Assembly (NCBI GenBank): GCA_964016885.1
Contig: OZ024758.1
Span: forward strand, 18,972,001 to 19,036,000
Reading direction: 5' to 3'
Length of the DNA stretch: 64,000 nucleotides
Source: Eledone cirrhosa
Lineage: Eukaryota
In this document: positions 1 to 15,962 of the stretch, in pieces
Numbering within the stretch: position 1 is the stretch's first letter
Layout: each line of letters opens with the position of its first letter
Position numbers and translations under genes: made by a program
Notes under the pieces: generated by a model
The model's input: only the letters and a program-made list of their open reading frames with translations
What the model was told of the DNA's origin: nothing
Databases searched by the model: none

Positions 1-58
1 TCAAATCCACTCTTGGCGTTTTCTTTTCTTTGCTACACGAATGAATGTAACCTACCTC

Positions 59-156
<98 letters not shown>

Positions 157-880
157 CATTCATTGCGCTTTTAATCTCCGACCACTACAAACTACTGATG
201 CCGATCTATTGAAACATTCTTTGATTGCGAGTTTTGTGTATGTTTGTTAGCCTCAGGACATCACAGCTAGGACAGAGATAATTCTAACCTCGATTAATAT
301 ATATTCTTCCACATTTCCATCTTAAATCTGAAGCAAACATTAACGGTTCTTGTATATGGCTATGTTTAAAGATAAATATAAATATTTAAAAAGTGTTTTG
401 TATCTGAGAATTGGCGTTGGTTACATGGTGTTTAGTATCAAAGTATAAATGTGTATTGCTGAAAGATACTGTCCCACAGCTGGTTCATGTTTGTGCGTGT
501 GTTTGTGTGTGTATGTGAGTGAGTGTCTGTTTGTTTTAGTTCACCTTAGAACGCCTTTCATTGAGTAGACTGATGTGGAAGATGTTTCCTACCAAGTTTA
601 GTGCATATTTACACTATATACTAAGAGCAGAGAACTACAGTAGCCAACATGTTCATATTAAAGCTAGATATATCTGAGCAACATGTGGCTGCTATTTCTA
701 GCCGATCAAGTGACTACTCTGCTCTCTCCGGAGGATAGAAGTATGCAATTCGTAATTGGAAGTTAACTGCATGCAATCAAACAACAATTCCATTCATACG
801 ATGATTGTATTTTATTGATGCTAATATTTACGTGTAGCATAATTTCTTTTCAATATTTAACCTTTAAATATATATGTGTG

Positions 881-928
<48 letters not shown>

Positions 929-965
929 TATGTATGTATATTTCTGTGTATATGTATATATATAC

Positions 966-1003
<38 letters not shown>

Positions 1004-1488
1004 CATATGACGATCTATAGATTTGTGTTTTAATGTGCGAATTATATCAATCAACATTGTTGCCACAGCCTCTTATCAAGACAAGCAGATGATCAGCGTG
1101 CTAGATAGATAGCGTGTACAAAAAGAATGGCATAGCTGAACAAATGTTTCAACTATTGAACTAAACACTGAAGTTAATAAGCGATATCCAATTTTAGATG
1201 TATCTCTATTATAACTCACGCATCAAATGTAATGTCTACACAACACTGCAACCAATTTATTACGTGTGTATGTATATCACTAGCAATGCTCTCCAGCCCT
1301 GGGTCCTGTATTTTCGTTGCTCTAGTAGTGCGGCTGACTGCTGACGGTATATCAGATTTGCTAAGCTGTCTGAACGTAATGTTATTACTCTGGGGTCTTT
1401 CCTCATCCGAGTGCTCAAGATACAGACCGATTATGCATATACGTTAGCTTGGCCGTATTCTAAAGCTTCGTCAATGCTGTACTAAAAT

Positions 1489-1521
<33 letters not shown>

Positions 1522-1522
1522 A

Positions 1523-1571
<49 letters not shown>

Positions 1572-1634
1572 ATATATATGTGCGTGTGTATCTATATATA
1601 TATGTGCGTGTGTATCTATATATATGTGTGTGTG

Positions 1635-1666
<32 letters not shown>

Positions 1667-2031
1667 AATGTATATGTATGTCTGGTGCCTGTTTCTCTTT
1701 TTATATGTATAATATAAATATGTAGATATACTCGCATTCATACCTGAATGCATATAAAATTACAAATGAAATATTTAAATATTAAACTGCGGCAAAACTT
1801 AAGGTCAGCTACAAGAGTCAAGAAGCAATAATTACCAATCAAATGTAAAACATAAAAACAATACAGCCATCTAAAAATATCTCTCGGTATCAGGGAAAAG
1901 CAAATATTTGAGACTAAATTAATATTAATGAGTGAAAGAAGTAACGAAATAAGGCAATTTAATAAACGTTACCGATTTTTTAAGCCAGTCGTGTCCGTTC
2001 ATATTATTTGAGTTTATTATATATTATACAG

Positions 2032-2417
2032 GGCGGGGGATTGGCAGTATCGGTAGAGGGTCGGACGCCATGCTTTGACGCATAGAGTTACTGCCCTTGC
2101 CATTCTGAGTTCAAATCCCGCCAAGGTTAACTTTGCCTTTCATCCTTACGGGGTCGATAACATAAAGTACCAGTAATACACTGATTAGTTGCTGGCCTTG
2201 TGCCAAAAATAGAACCGATTATATATTATACAGGGCGGTGAATTGGCAGTACCGGTAGAGGGTTGGACGCCTTGCTTTCTAGCATAGTCACGTGCCTTTA
2301 CATTCTGAGTTCAAATCCCGCCGAGGGTAACTTTGCCTTTCATCCTTACGGGGTCGATAAAATAAAGTACCAGTAATGTACTGGACAATTGCTGGCCTTG
2401 TGCCTAAAGTAGAAAGA
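2032..2417 (+). mobile_element. Two tandem copies of a ~190-bp tRNA-derived SINE (main SINE family)
   Basis: A-box-like TGGCAGTA(T/C)CGG, B-box GAGTTCAAATCCC, body CTTTGCCTTTCATCCTTACGGGGTCGATAAAATAAAGTACCAGT, 3' GCTGGCCTTGTGCC..AGAAA-ATT. The 16-mer ATTATATATTATACAG occurs at 2016, 2218 and 2418. Confidence 0.9.
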
Positions 2418-2735
2418 ATTATATATTATACAGTAATTTATATGTTATTAATTTTTGTATGTATTTCAATATATATATTTATATACTTTTTCTTTTTTAT
2501 TATTTTTTATTTGTTGTTTATTTTTCTCTTAATTTATTTCATTTTTATTCATCTATTTTATTTCGTTCAATATATTGTCTATGTATTTATTTTATTTTAG
2601 AAATATATTTTTATTTTAATGATGTTAATATTGTTCTTATTTCATTTTAATGTGTTTTATTTATCTGTCATAATTTAATTTATTTGGGTATATTTATTTC
2701 ATTTTATTTCAATATATTTATTTTATTTTATATTA

Positions 2736-3064
<329 letters not shown>

Positions 3065-3069
3065 CATAT

Positions 3070-3123
<54 letters not shown>

Positions 3124-3679
3124 CGTGTGTGTGCATGTATACTGGTTTTAATTCATGTATTTTCATTATTTTTATATATATTATTTTTCATGGCATTCAA
3201 ATATTGATCGTGTGTTTTTTTGTTTGTTTCTATTTCCAGGTCTGTTCCCTACAGGAAATACCAACATAATCATTATATAACTCGGAGCAAGACATCCAAG
3301 GTACAATACTGTGTGTGGTCTTACTTTGTGTGAATTTATTTTCTTCTATTAATTCTTTGTTTGTTAGTTAATGCGAATATATTCCTTTCACTTTCGTCTT
3401 TTTTCTTTTATAAAAGAATATTAGTTATACGGACAATAGATATAATATTATATGTATGTATTGGAATATATACGTGAATATATAATCATATATTTGTATT
3501 TTATTTGTACGAAACCTTAGGGGCAGAATATATTTTCAAGTTGTTGGTTCGGATTTAACATTTACACCCGGTGGATATCGATTTAATCGATATAATAGAT
3601 AAAATGATGTACTGGTAATTATTGAACGGTGTTTTTCTCTTGGATATCCGTTTTTTAACGCGCCTAGGTTAGTAAACGC

Positions 3680-5280
<1,601 letters not shown>

Positions 5281-5326
5281 TACATATCAGTGAAATATGA
5301 TATCCATGACATTGTGAGTGTTCACA

Positions 5327-5475
5327 AGTAAAGTGATGCAAGACCTCAGGCTAGGAAGATCTATAGTTGTCGTCAGTGAGCGAAGGAGTGCAAGTTTCTA
5401 GCAGGCTTGAAAAGACATACCCGAGCGTCACACATCTGAAATGGACAAGCGATTTCAATACTCTTAGCGTCGGCA

Positions 5476-5483
<8 letters not shown>
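5327..5483 (+). mobile_element. 3' end of an RTE-clade LINE (C2H2 zinc finger + 3' UTR)
   Basis: Translates YSCRQ*AKECKFLAGLKRHTRASHI*. Ends GGCAGCCATCAT then (AT)n, like family D. Confidence 0.7.
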
Positions 5484-5516
<33 letters not shown>

Positions 5517-5624
5517 TATGAGAGAGAGAAAGAGATACGCGGGATAGACACACAAGAGTTGTGTATCCTGATATAAAAAAGATAGTCCAGAATGGCAAGG
5601 GGCTGCAACTATTACAATAAGCCA

Positions 5625-5735
5625 GATAATTGTTTCGACTTTAGGCACAAGGCCAGCAATTATCCAGTGCATTACTGGCACTTTATTTTATCGACCCCGT
5701 AACGATGAAAGGTAGAGTAAACCTCGGCGGGATTA
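5625..5735 (-). mobile_element. Main SINE, 5'-truncated
   Basis: Reverse complement of the SINE body and tail. Confidence 0.85.
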
Positions 5736-7074
5736 AGCCAGATAATAGCGGCTAAATGTAGTTGGGTTTCCTCAACAAAGTTTCATTGCTCTGTTACTGC
5801 ATTGAAAATAGCAACTCCACTATTTAAATCAGGCCGAAGAAATGACTGTGTAGGAGTGTGTGGAATATTGTTTTGTCTATATATATCAATATTCTTTCTA
5901 CAAGATATAACAATATATTTAAACATTTTTTTATGCTGCCACTATCTATTTTCCTCTACGTTGTACAGAAACAGTTGATTTATGGTATGTGTAAGAGCGT
6001 AAAACACTCAGGTTAACTTACAGATTACGTTTTCATTTAAATTCCCAAATATTGTGACGAGAGAAAGGGTGACGCTTTTGCCTGTAGTTGCATATAGGAC
6101 TCAGTATTAGAAATGAAGGACAGACTTTGAGCTAACGGAGACAACATTTTTATTTATCAGTTTTTTTTCTAAAAAAGGAAAATCCAATCTACATGTAAAA
6201 GCAGCACTTAGTTTTCCACCTATTTTCAACATGTTTATAATATGGAGAAGGTGAGTATTTGAAACATGACATACTAGCTTCTTTCAAATGAAAGTTAACA
6301 ATTGAAATACCAATGGAAAAATAGTTTCCAAGGTCTGATCCGAACATTGGATTCTACTTTTGTTTTTTAGATTCTAAACTCGATGTATCTGAGGATGATT
6401 AATCTCTGTTCTCGGTTCAAATATTTCTATGCCATCACTCAACCTACATATAACCCACTCCACCATTCTACTATCATCAGATAAAATGACAGAATAATAT
6501 TGAACCTGATCCTCTCGGTGCGCCTAAACTAACTACAAACATATTACCTTTTTCTTAGTAGGTAAAAATCAATATTTCCCTTCTCGCCACTACGATCACG
6601 ATCATCCTCATTCTCAAAGTCGTATACTCTCCATGCAGTTAGTAGCCTTAATCTGGTAAATCCAGCTGCATTAATCTTGACACGCACATGAAAAGGTCAC
6701 AATGTAAAGGATGAAGTATAAAATTCAGATTGGCTAATCTTAGAGCTGGAAATTCTGATCCATATGAAATCGACTGAACCGTACCAACGCCAATATATAC
6801 ACCATCGTCATCATCATAAATACCATCATCTCATTCCTCACAAACATAATTATTACCGTAACAATGCCCAATAATATCAGCATCAACATATTTATCACCA
6901 ACCACTTGAGCGACCGATTTATACTGTAAAATGTTAAATCTAATCCGACAGTTTTTATCATTGTTTATATAATAAAGGAGAGTTGTGTTCTCATATATAT
7001 TGTATTGAAAACACGAACAACGTATTTAAATACGATTGAGTATTCACCACAAAACATTGAATATAATTTGATAT

Positions 7075-7968
7075 AGTTTGTTAGAATCGGTAGACCATCG
7101 AACAAAATGTGTTCTGGAATAGATATACATCCCATAATGTACTGATTTCACATGCCACCGAGATTAGCTTTTATTTTCATTCTTACAGGGCTCGATAAAA
7201 TAAAGTACCAGTAAGAACTGGTACCGACTTTCCTCTTCCCTTTAAATTGCTGGCCTTGTGCCTAAGGTAGAAATAATTATTGAATAATTATTATTCTACC
7301 TTTTACGTTGTTATTCAATATTATTACTTTGGCAGTAGGGTGGTGGATTCGCAGTAACGGTAGATGGTCGAACGCCATACATTCCAGCTTAGAGGTACGA
7401 CCATTTACCGTCTGAGTTAAAATCCCGCCAAGGTTAACTTTGCCTTTCATCCTTAAGGGGTCGATAAAATAAAGTACCAGTCACGCACTGGCGTCGATTT
7501 AATCGACTTTCCCCTCCCCCCAAATTACTGGCCTTGTGCCTATATAAGAAACCATTATTACTTTGGCAGTAGGGCGGTTTATTATCAGTATCGGTAGAGG
7601 GTCGGACGCCATGCTTTCCAGCATAGTTTCGTCCCTTTACGATCTGAGTTCAAATGCCGCCGAGGTTGACTTTGCCTTTCATCCTTACGGGGTCCATAAA
7701 ATAAAGTACCAGTAATGCACTGGGTATTTGCTGGCCTTGTGCCTAAAGTAGAAACAATTATTACTTTGGCAGTAGGGCGGTGGGTTGGCAGTATCTGTAT
7801 AGGATCGGACGCCATGCTTTCCAGCTTAGAGTTACGTCCATTTACCGTCTGGGTTCAAATCCCGCCAAGGTTAACTTGGCCTTTCATCCTTAAGGGGTCG
7901 ACAAAATAGAGTGCCATTAATGTACTGAAATAATTGCTGGCCTTGTACGAAAAGTAGAAACACTTATT
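7075..7968 (+). mobile_element. Cluster of four main-SINE copies, three of them head-to-tail
   Basis: Copies at about 7075-7280, 7338-7553, 7572-7756 and 7775-7968. ATTATTACTTTGGCAGTAGGG precedes three of them (7320, 7554, 7757). Confidence 0.9.
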
Positions 7969-8114
7969 ACTAGCTTGAACATTCTATAGTTCAGTTTTCT
8001 CGTCCCACATTTGCCAGAAATAACAATAAAAGACACTCACTGTTTAGTTTTTGCTTCTATCCCTATAGTTAATTTACCTGGCAATCAATGTTTATCATTG
8101 ATTGGTCACGGTTA

Positions 8115-8145
8115 ATATATATATATATATATATATATAATAGTA

Positions 8146-8195
<50 letters not shown>

Positions 8196-8198
8196 TAC

Positions 8199-8245
<47 letters not shown>

Positions 8246-8248
8246 TAC

Positions 8249-8323
<75 letters not shown>

Positions 8324-8433
8324 TACTATTATATATATATATTTATATATATATATATATATATATATGTCTACTATTATATAAATATATTTATATATAT
8401 ATATATATATATATGTCTATTGTTATATATATA

Positions 8434-8464
<31 letters not shown>

Positions 8465-8486
8465 GTCTACTATTGTTATATATATA

Positions 8487-8524
<38 letters not shown>

Positions 8525-8540
8525 TACTATTATATATATA

Positions 8541-8600
<60 letters not shown>

Positions 8601-8603
8601 TTC

Positions 8604-8645
<42 letters not shown>

Positions 8646-8683
8646 TATTATATATATATATATATATGTATATATATGTCTAC

Positions 8684-8716
<33 letters not shown>
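8115..8716. repeat. (TA)n satellite punctuated by TGTCTACTAT
   Basis: About 9 copies of ATGTCTACTATT between TA runs. Confidence 0.9.
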
Positions 8717-8717
<1 letters not shown>

Positions 8718-8801
8718 CTAAAGAAATGCAGTATGTTTATAAATAAACATTTAGAAAGCCGTAGCTATGTAAAACACCGGGGCTGTCCCCATCTGGCAAG
8801 G

Positions 8802-8849
8802 GGGACAATCGTCTATGAATTTCGAACTGGTTCTCTTCAGAATGATCCC
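8802..8849 (-). ncRNA. Degenerate type I hammerhead ribozyme
   Basis: GGGATCATT-CTGAAGA-GAACCAGTTC-GAAA-TTCATAG-AC-GATTGTCCC. Stems I and II form, but the cleavage triplet reads GAC rather than GUC. Confidence 0.5.
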
Positions 8850-10649
8850 TCCCACTCTTTCGACTGCTGGACTTGAAAACAGGCGAGAATATATGGTTTT
8901 CTCGTCTATGTAAATGAGGTGATTAATTTTATTTGCATATGAAGCTGCATAACCTAGCTCAACTTAAAATAGAATAGAATATATATATATAATAGAATAT
9001 GTATACGTGTGAATGTGTATGTGTGTGTATATATATATGTGTGTGTGTGTGTATTTAATAAAATCAGTAGAACCAAGATGTCCCTTGTATTGATTGGTTT
9101 ATTCCTTCCTTCCTCCATTCATTTTCAATTTTTTGTTTTCTTATCTGAACTGAACACCGAAACAACGATACATGAAATGATAACACATTTTAACTAATAA
9201 ATTTACGTGACGTTTACTACAATGAGTCTAATTCATCTGTTGAGCTCATACATCTGAATTTGACAAGAAACACATTAAGCAGAAGAAAATAAATGAGGTG
9301 TAAAACTAAAGCAAACTCTGCTACATTTATTTTCTGGAAACACGGCGTGAAAGTCGAAAAAGTAATTTCAACGAAAAACAAACATGGTGAATGTAACATT
9401 GATGATAACGGTAATTTGAATGTTGATCTGTTGATCTGTATATTACGTGATTATATATATTAAGAAATATATTGTATATCAGCTGCAGAAATGTATGTGA
9501 ACTGAAACTGACAGAAATATATCGTTTTAAACAAACGTGAAGATCTTTTTTTTTTTTTTAAATCACTATACACCACTTTTTTTTTTAATAATAAATATTA
9601 TTTCTAGTAGATAATCCATCGTTTTCCAGAAGAAATAAGTGAAAATAGAGTTTTTTAACAAATTTTGACAAAGACATGTTTTTAAATTATACACTGGTAG
9701 ACCCGTGCCGTGGAGATTGTCGGCAATAGCGTTGAGCATAGTTGTATTCCAGGCCTAGCACATCATATATATATATATATAACTGTATTTTGAGCAGTTT
9801 TAAGTTCTCCACCTACCTACGTACATTTTTTCATATTGTTTTTGTAAAAGAAAACTTATTCTTTCATATCATATCTATATCTATATATTTATATATATAT
9901 AATATATATATATATATATAAGCATTACCGCATTTATGAAGAATCATACAACCTGGAATATTCCTATCGTATATGTGTGTATTCCTCTGAAATACTGCGT
10001 AGATATTTCAATCACTTGCCGTGCTATTAAATGTTACCTCTGCAGACGTTGATTGAATAAGTAGCTGATCTCCGCTACCTGGATAGGGAGTGCCATGACA
10101 TCCCATTATTTCTTGATAGAAATGAATATCTTGCATATAACTTGATGTTGAATATATACGTAGAATGTATACAGTATAATTTAAATTAGGAAGAGAAAGC
10201 CCACTTTTAAGGTTTGTCCAATTAAACTACATGTACTCAGGAATTCATATCTAGATAATATATTACAGTTTCTTGTTGCTTCTGTCTTGATAATGCCCTT
10301 GATACCATGGATATAATTCATTTTGATGTTGGAGGAGTTTGGGTTCTGGATGTTTCTAGAATTGTGCTGACGTTTGTTTCGCAATATTTCGGATGCTGCT
10401 AAAATGATGCGTTTCACTTTCCCTAAAGTATCGTAAATTCTTCTCCCTTGTGCATTTTTTAAAATATATGATTGCAAGTTGTCTTCACTCTCTATATATA
10501 TCTTTTTACATTTAATATCACCCTCGCAATCATTGCCGCAATCAGTATTATTACAATGAATTCATATATATATATTGTCCAAGGCAACAATATAATGTTT
10601 ATGCAGTAAAAGCTCGCATGCAACGGTCGAGAATAATAATAATATAAAT

Positions 10650-11470
10650 AATGGTTTCTACATTTGGCACAAGGCCGGCAAATACCCAGTATATTACTGG
10701 TACTTTATGTTATCGACCACGTAAGGATGAAAGGCAAAGTCAACCTAAGAGGGATTTGAACTCAGATCATAAAGGGACGTAACTATGCTGGAAAGCATGT
10801 CCAACCCTCTACCGATAATAATAATAATATAAATAATAATGATGGTTTCTAGTATAAACACAAGATCAGTAATTGTTTTTGTGTGTGTGTTGGGGCATTA
10901 AATCGGCCCCAGTACGTTGCGGATGTTATATTTTATCGACCCCGAAAGGATGAAAGGGAAAGTAACCTCGCCGGGATTTTAACTCAGACCAAAAAGGACC
11001 GTAATTTTATGCTGCAAAGCACCATGCTTGTAACCATAGAATTACGGTCATTTACGGTCGGAGTTCAAATAATAATAATAACAATGTGGTGATTATGATT
11101 TTTCTTATTTGCCCCAAGGGCTAAAATGATGTGGGTATGAATGGAAATACATAAGACAAGGCCTCAAATTCAGTGTCAAGGATTCCAATTTTGTATCGGA
11201 GAGTAAAGTTGGATAAATCCTTCAATAGTAATACATCTATTGAATCACAAAGCAAACGCTGATATGAGATAAAAGAATTTAAAACTAAATTTAATAATTG
11301 TCTCTACTTTTGGCACAATGCCAGCAAGTACATTACTGGTACTTTATTTTATCGATTTTATCGATGAAAGTCATCCTTACAGGGCATCGATGGGATTTTG
11401 ATCTCAGACCGTAAAGGGACGTAACTATGCTAGAAAGCATGGCGTCCAACCTTCTACCGATACAGCCATG
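10650..11470 (-). mobile_element. Three main-SINE copies
   Basis: Reverse-complement copies at about 10650-10815, 10843-11030 and 11297-11470. Confidence 0.85.
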
Positions 11471-12433
11471 CAATTACCTTCGTGAAGATATTTTTAAAGT
11501 GAGGAAAGACTGTGCACTGTGCCAATCCCACTATATGAGCGACAGTAGCTATAACCCGAAAAGAAGAAAATGAAAAAAAATTATACTTATGAAACGAATA
11601 AAACGAGGTATATTGGCTTTTTAAATGAACCCCACCCCACGTCCCCCCTCGCCCTGAGGTGAAATATAATCACTTTTTTTTTTTTTTTTTCGTTTTTTTC
11701 TTTTGCTTGCTTGTTTTCTGCGGGGATGTTTAAACAAGAAATTAAACGTGACGTAGAAATGTTATTAATATCTATTTAGTTAAATGATTATTTTCATAAT
11801 TTTCTCAAGGGTATAAATTGAATCAATAAACAAGAACACATACACGTGTCTGTGTATGAGTAGGTGCCTGTGATGTATGCTGATGTAATACGTAGAGTCG
11901 TTAGATCGTTTGATATTTGTTCCGGCTCAATGTATTCTGTTTACAAATGCCGCAGAGCCCCAATTTGCTATTCAACATGTGAGGGTGCACATTGAATTTA
12001 CCAGGCTGTCATTCGTAAAGTCTTCTCTGATTCCAGCTGCTGCCTTCTGGATATTTTCCAAATCTATGAAACAAGAAATGAGAGGGTCTATCTGTCTACT
12101 CGTAACTTCATGGGTACCTAAAACCCGTAACAAAAGCATAGTACATAATTTAATGCCATAATCGTGTGCGCATGACTCATGTAATTTTTTAATGTATTTT
12201 ATATAAAGAATTTTTGAAAATGTAGACAAAAATATTTTGATGAATAACTATCAAATATAACTTGCTTGCAGTTTGATGTATATTTTATCAAATTGGAAAT
12301 ATTACATCTGTAATATATATTTTTTAAATATCCTTTATTGAAAATGACAATTTCTCTATTACAAAATATACAATAAAAGATACGAATAAATGGATAAAGA
12401 AATCCTTACGCACACACATGTATGCATATATAT

Positions 12434-12486
<53 letters not shown>

Positions 12487-12604
12487 CATATATATACACA
12501 AATATATGTGTGTGTGTGCTTGATTGCGTGTGTATCTATACATAATGTTTTTTTCATCATTCATCTATCCCTTTTTTCAAATATATGTGCATGTGTATGT
12601 GAAC

Positions 12605-12639
<35 letters not shown>

Positions 12640-12989
12640 TAGATATATGTGTAGCTAGCTAGCTATCTCTCTTTCTTTCTCCCTTTCTCCCCCCCCCTCC
12701 CCTATCTCTCTCTCTATATATATTCACACATATACATATATGGCAAAATATAAAAGCATTGATAATCTTTCAACTAGTGAGCTATAAAATATTTATGTCT
12801 GGCGATAAATATGATATCGGATTTGCTACATTCATTTGGTACATTGATGGTGTTATGTTATATAACTTAGTAAATATACATACAATGATATTGACTGCCA
12901 TTTTGTGAGAATGATGCTTATGATGGTGATGGCGGGGAAGAGGAATCGACGGGGTTGATAATGAAGAAAACTGGTCGTGTAATGTGATG

Positions 12990-13760
12990 GCCTTCTTGAT
13001 AGACATGCTGATGGGATTGGTGGGGGTTGTGGTTGTGGTGGTGATTATGGATGCGGTGACGGCGGTGGTGGCTGTAGCGGTGGTGGTGAATGTTGTAGCG
13101 GCGGCGGTAGTGGTTGTGATGGTGCTGGTGGTTGTGGCGTTGGTGGTGATTGTGGTGGTGGTGAGGTTGTAGTGGCGGTGGTCGTGGTTGTGATGGTGCT
13201 GGTGGTTGTAATGTTGGTGGTGATTGTGGTGGTGAATGTTGTAGTGGCGGTGGTCGTGGTTGTGATGGTGCTGGTGGTTGTAATGTTGGTGGTGATTGTG
13301 GTGGTGAATGTTGTAGTGGCGGTGGTCGTGGTTGTGATGGTGCTGGTGGTTGTAATGTTGGTGGTGATTGTGGTGGTGGTGAGGTTGTAGTGACGGTGGT
13401 CGTGGTTGTGATGGGGCTGGTCGTTGTAGCGGTGGTGGTGATTGGGGGTGGTGAAGGTTGTAGTGACGGTGGTGGTGGTTTTAGGGGTTTTTGGTGGTGC
13501 TGGTGCATGTGGTTTTGATGTGGTTTGTGATGATGATGATGGCAATGCTTTTTATGGTAGTGTTGATATTAGTGGTTATGGGGGTAGTAGTGATGTCTCT
13601 GTTGATAGGGGTGATGATGATAATGGTGGTGAGTGTTTTCAGAGAATATTATGGCGCTGGTAGGGATGCTAACATTGATAATAGCGTGGTAGTGGTTATG
13701 TGGTGGTTGTGTAGTGGTAGTGGTTGTCTAGTGGTGGTAGAGATCCTGCGTTGACAATAA
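12990..13760. repeat. GGT/TGT-rich low-complexity region with a 72-bp tandem repeat
   Basis: GGTGGTTGTAATGTTGG recurs at 13201, 13273 and 13345, giving about 4 units over 13100-13410. Confidence 0.9.
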
Positions 13761-14534
13761 TGATGATGGTTGTATATGTTAGAAAAATAATGGTTGTTGC
13801 GCTTCTGATAAAAGTGAAGATCACGATGATGAAAATCAATATGATTAGATATTGCCATGGTGATATATTCAAAAATTTTATACATATATTTTTGTATTAA
13901 TATGTGAATAAGCCTATTTATGTGGACACAAATTGATCGAATGGTTAAGGAATTCGATTCACATTTATTAGGGCATAAATTTGATTCCTTTGTTTTGCAT
14001 CTTGAACAAATGTGGTTTCTCACAGCCCATGGATCGAACACGGTTAGGCGAGATGTCCTTTTGAAGTCCTTTAATTCAAAGAGCTAGCCCTGTCACAGAA
14101 TGTTGCGTTGTATTTCCCTAAGCCTTATGTTAATGATACACGTATATATGGAATGCTCAGCCACTGGCATGCTACGTTAATTTTATGAGTAGACTATTCA
14201 ATAGAACACACAACTAAACAACTCATCGTTGACACCGACTGAGATCCATTTAACACTTTTTTATTTACGTTATATTTTATTATAAACACACAGATCACCC
14301 TATCTATTTGTTTTTTAACATAGCAACGGCTAACATTTTTCGAATATGTTTACTATATTAATAAAAGAAACAGCGAATTGGCGCTAGGTTGTTGAATTAT
14401 ATGCCTCGGGTTTGAATTGACTCAGTGGCATTTTGGCATATGTTATTGGGGCGATCCAACCTTTGTAAGTACCCTAGTTTAGATAGAAACTGTTGGTAGG
14501 GCTGCCGGCAGTATATATCCGTAATTGAAATTCA

Positions 14535-14712
14535 TGGATTGGGTAGTATCGGTAGAGGGTGGGACGCCATGCTTTGCAGCAAATAGTTACGGACCTATAT
14601 GTTTTGAGTTCAAATACTGCTAAGGTTAAATTTGCATTTCATCCTTACGGGGTCGATAAAATAAAGTACACTGGGATACTTCCTGGCCTTGTACCAAAAG
14701 TAGAAGCAATTG
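14535..14712 (+). mobile_element. Main SINE
   Basis: Near full-length match to the other copies. Confidence 0.85.
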
Positions 14713-14939
14713 TATCAAAACAATTCGGCTTTTAAATTCCATCAGTGGATTGATTGGCATAATCATTAGATCATCAGAGAAAATGCTTTGAAATATTTTA
14801 GTTACAGTTCTTTATATTCTAAGTTCTTTATATTCTAAGATTGTGGAAATCTCAACCATTTACGATTTAAATATTGAATCGGGTGATCAGTTGATCGGAC
14901 ACCTGAAGTATCGTAGCCCAAACTGATGCAGGACACATT

Positions 14940-15295
14940 ATTATTATCATCATCATCATCATCGGCATTAACATCGTCATCATCAACATCGTCGTCATCA
15001 TCATCGTCATTATCATCGTCGTCAACTTTTTCTTCATCATCATCATCATCATCACCTACATCATCATCATCTACATTATCATCATCATCAACATTACTAT
15101 CATCATCATCAACACTACGATCATCATCATTGCTATCATCATAAATGTCATTATCATCATCATCACCACCATCATCTATATCATCATCTTCTTCATCATC
15201 AACATCACTATCATCAACATTGTCACAGTATTCATCAACTTTATCTTTATCATCATCGCCATAAATCATCATCATCATCACCCTCATCCTCATAC
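14940..15295. repeat. Degenerate (CAT)n microsatellite
   Basis: Direct inspection. Explains the poly-D, poly-S and poly-M ORFs. Confidence 0.95.
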
Positions 15296-15962
15296 ATGTC
15301 AACTCTGATTGTTTTCTACGCAGTTGTTTTCTAACTCTAATATAAACTCGTGAAACTATTTGTCATAACATTTCAGTAATGACTGTATCAAGTAAGAAAC
15401 AATATTAAGTTTATCACTTCCCAGTATAAACCCCAAATTCATATTTTGATAAATACGACAAAAACACTTATGTAAACACATAACTCCCACCAATAAAACA
15501 CTACACAATAGGAAAGTAATCATCATTAAGTTTAAGCTAACTAAGAGTAGATAAAATTAACAAAATACTATGACACGCTCATAAATATTTAAGTCTAGAG
15601 TAATTATGTTATATACGTTCTGTGAAATATAAATATCTAAAAGCATAAAAGATGACGATTTTTATTTCTGAATGTTCTTTTTTTCATTGCCTTTGCGCAT
15701 ATCCCTAATCAAAACTTACATACTGCAATAATAAAGATGTCGAAGTAGAACGACAAACCCTTATATGAACTTATATATTTGTGTTATAATATAACAAAAC
15801 ACTGATTAGTTTTACTCGGGAAAAGATATTTCTAGTGTCAGGTCATATGAATGTCATTATGCATATCTGTATTCATAGGTTGGACACACACACACGCACA
15901 CACGCACACGCACACGCACACACACATATACACACAGAGAAATACACACAAATATATATACA

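Noticed and set aside
190-225. CTGATGC...GAAAC hammerhead-like string
   Set aside because: A9 is missing and there are no convincing stems I-III.
2085-2125. tRNA gene
   Set aside because: The A/B boxes belong to the SINE head and no cloverleaf forms.
6420-6490. CTGATGA...GAAA on the minus strand
   Set aside because: No stem I or stem III pairing.
10181-10477. 98-aa ORF, possibly a decayed PLE or transposase
   Set aside because: No diagnostic motif, only vague similarity.
14835-15302. Asp-rich 155-aa ORF resembling a biomineralisation protein
   Set aside because: It coincides exactly with a degenerate (CAT)n repeat, with no signal peptide or splice context.
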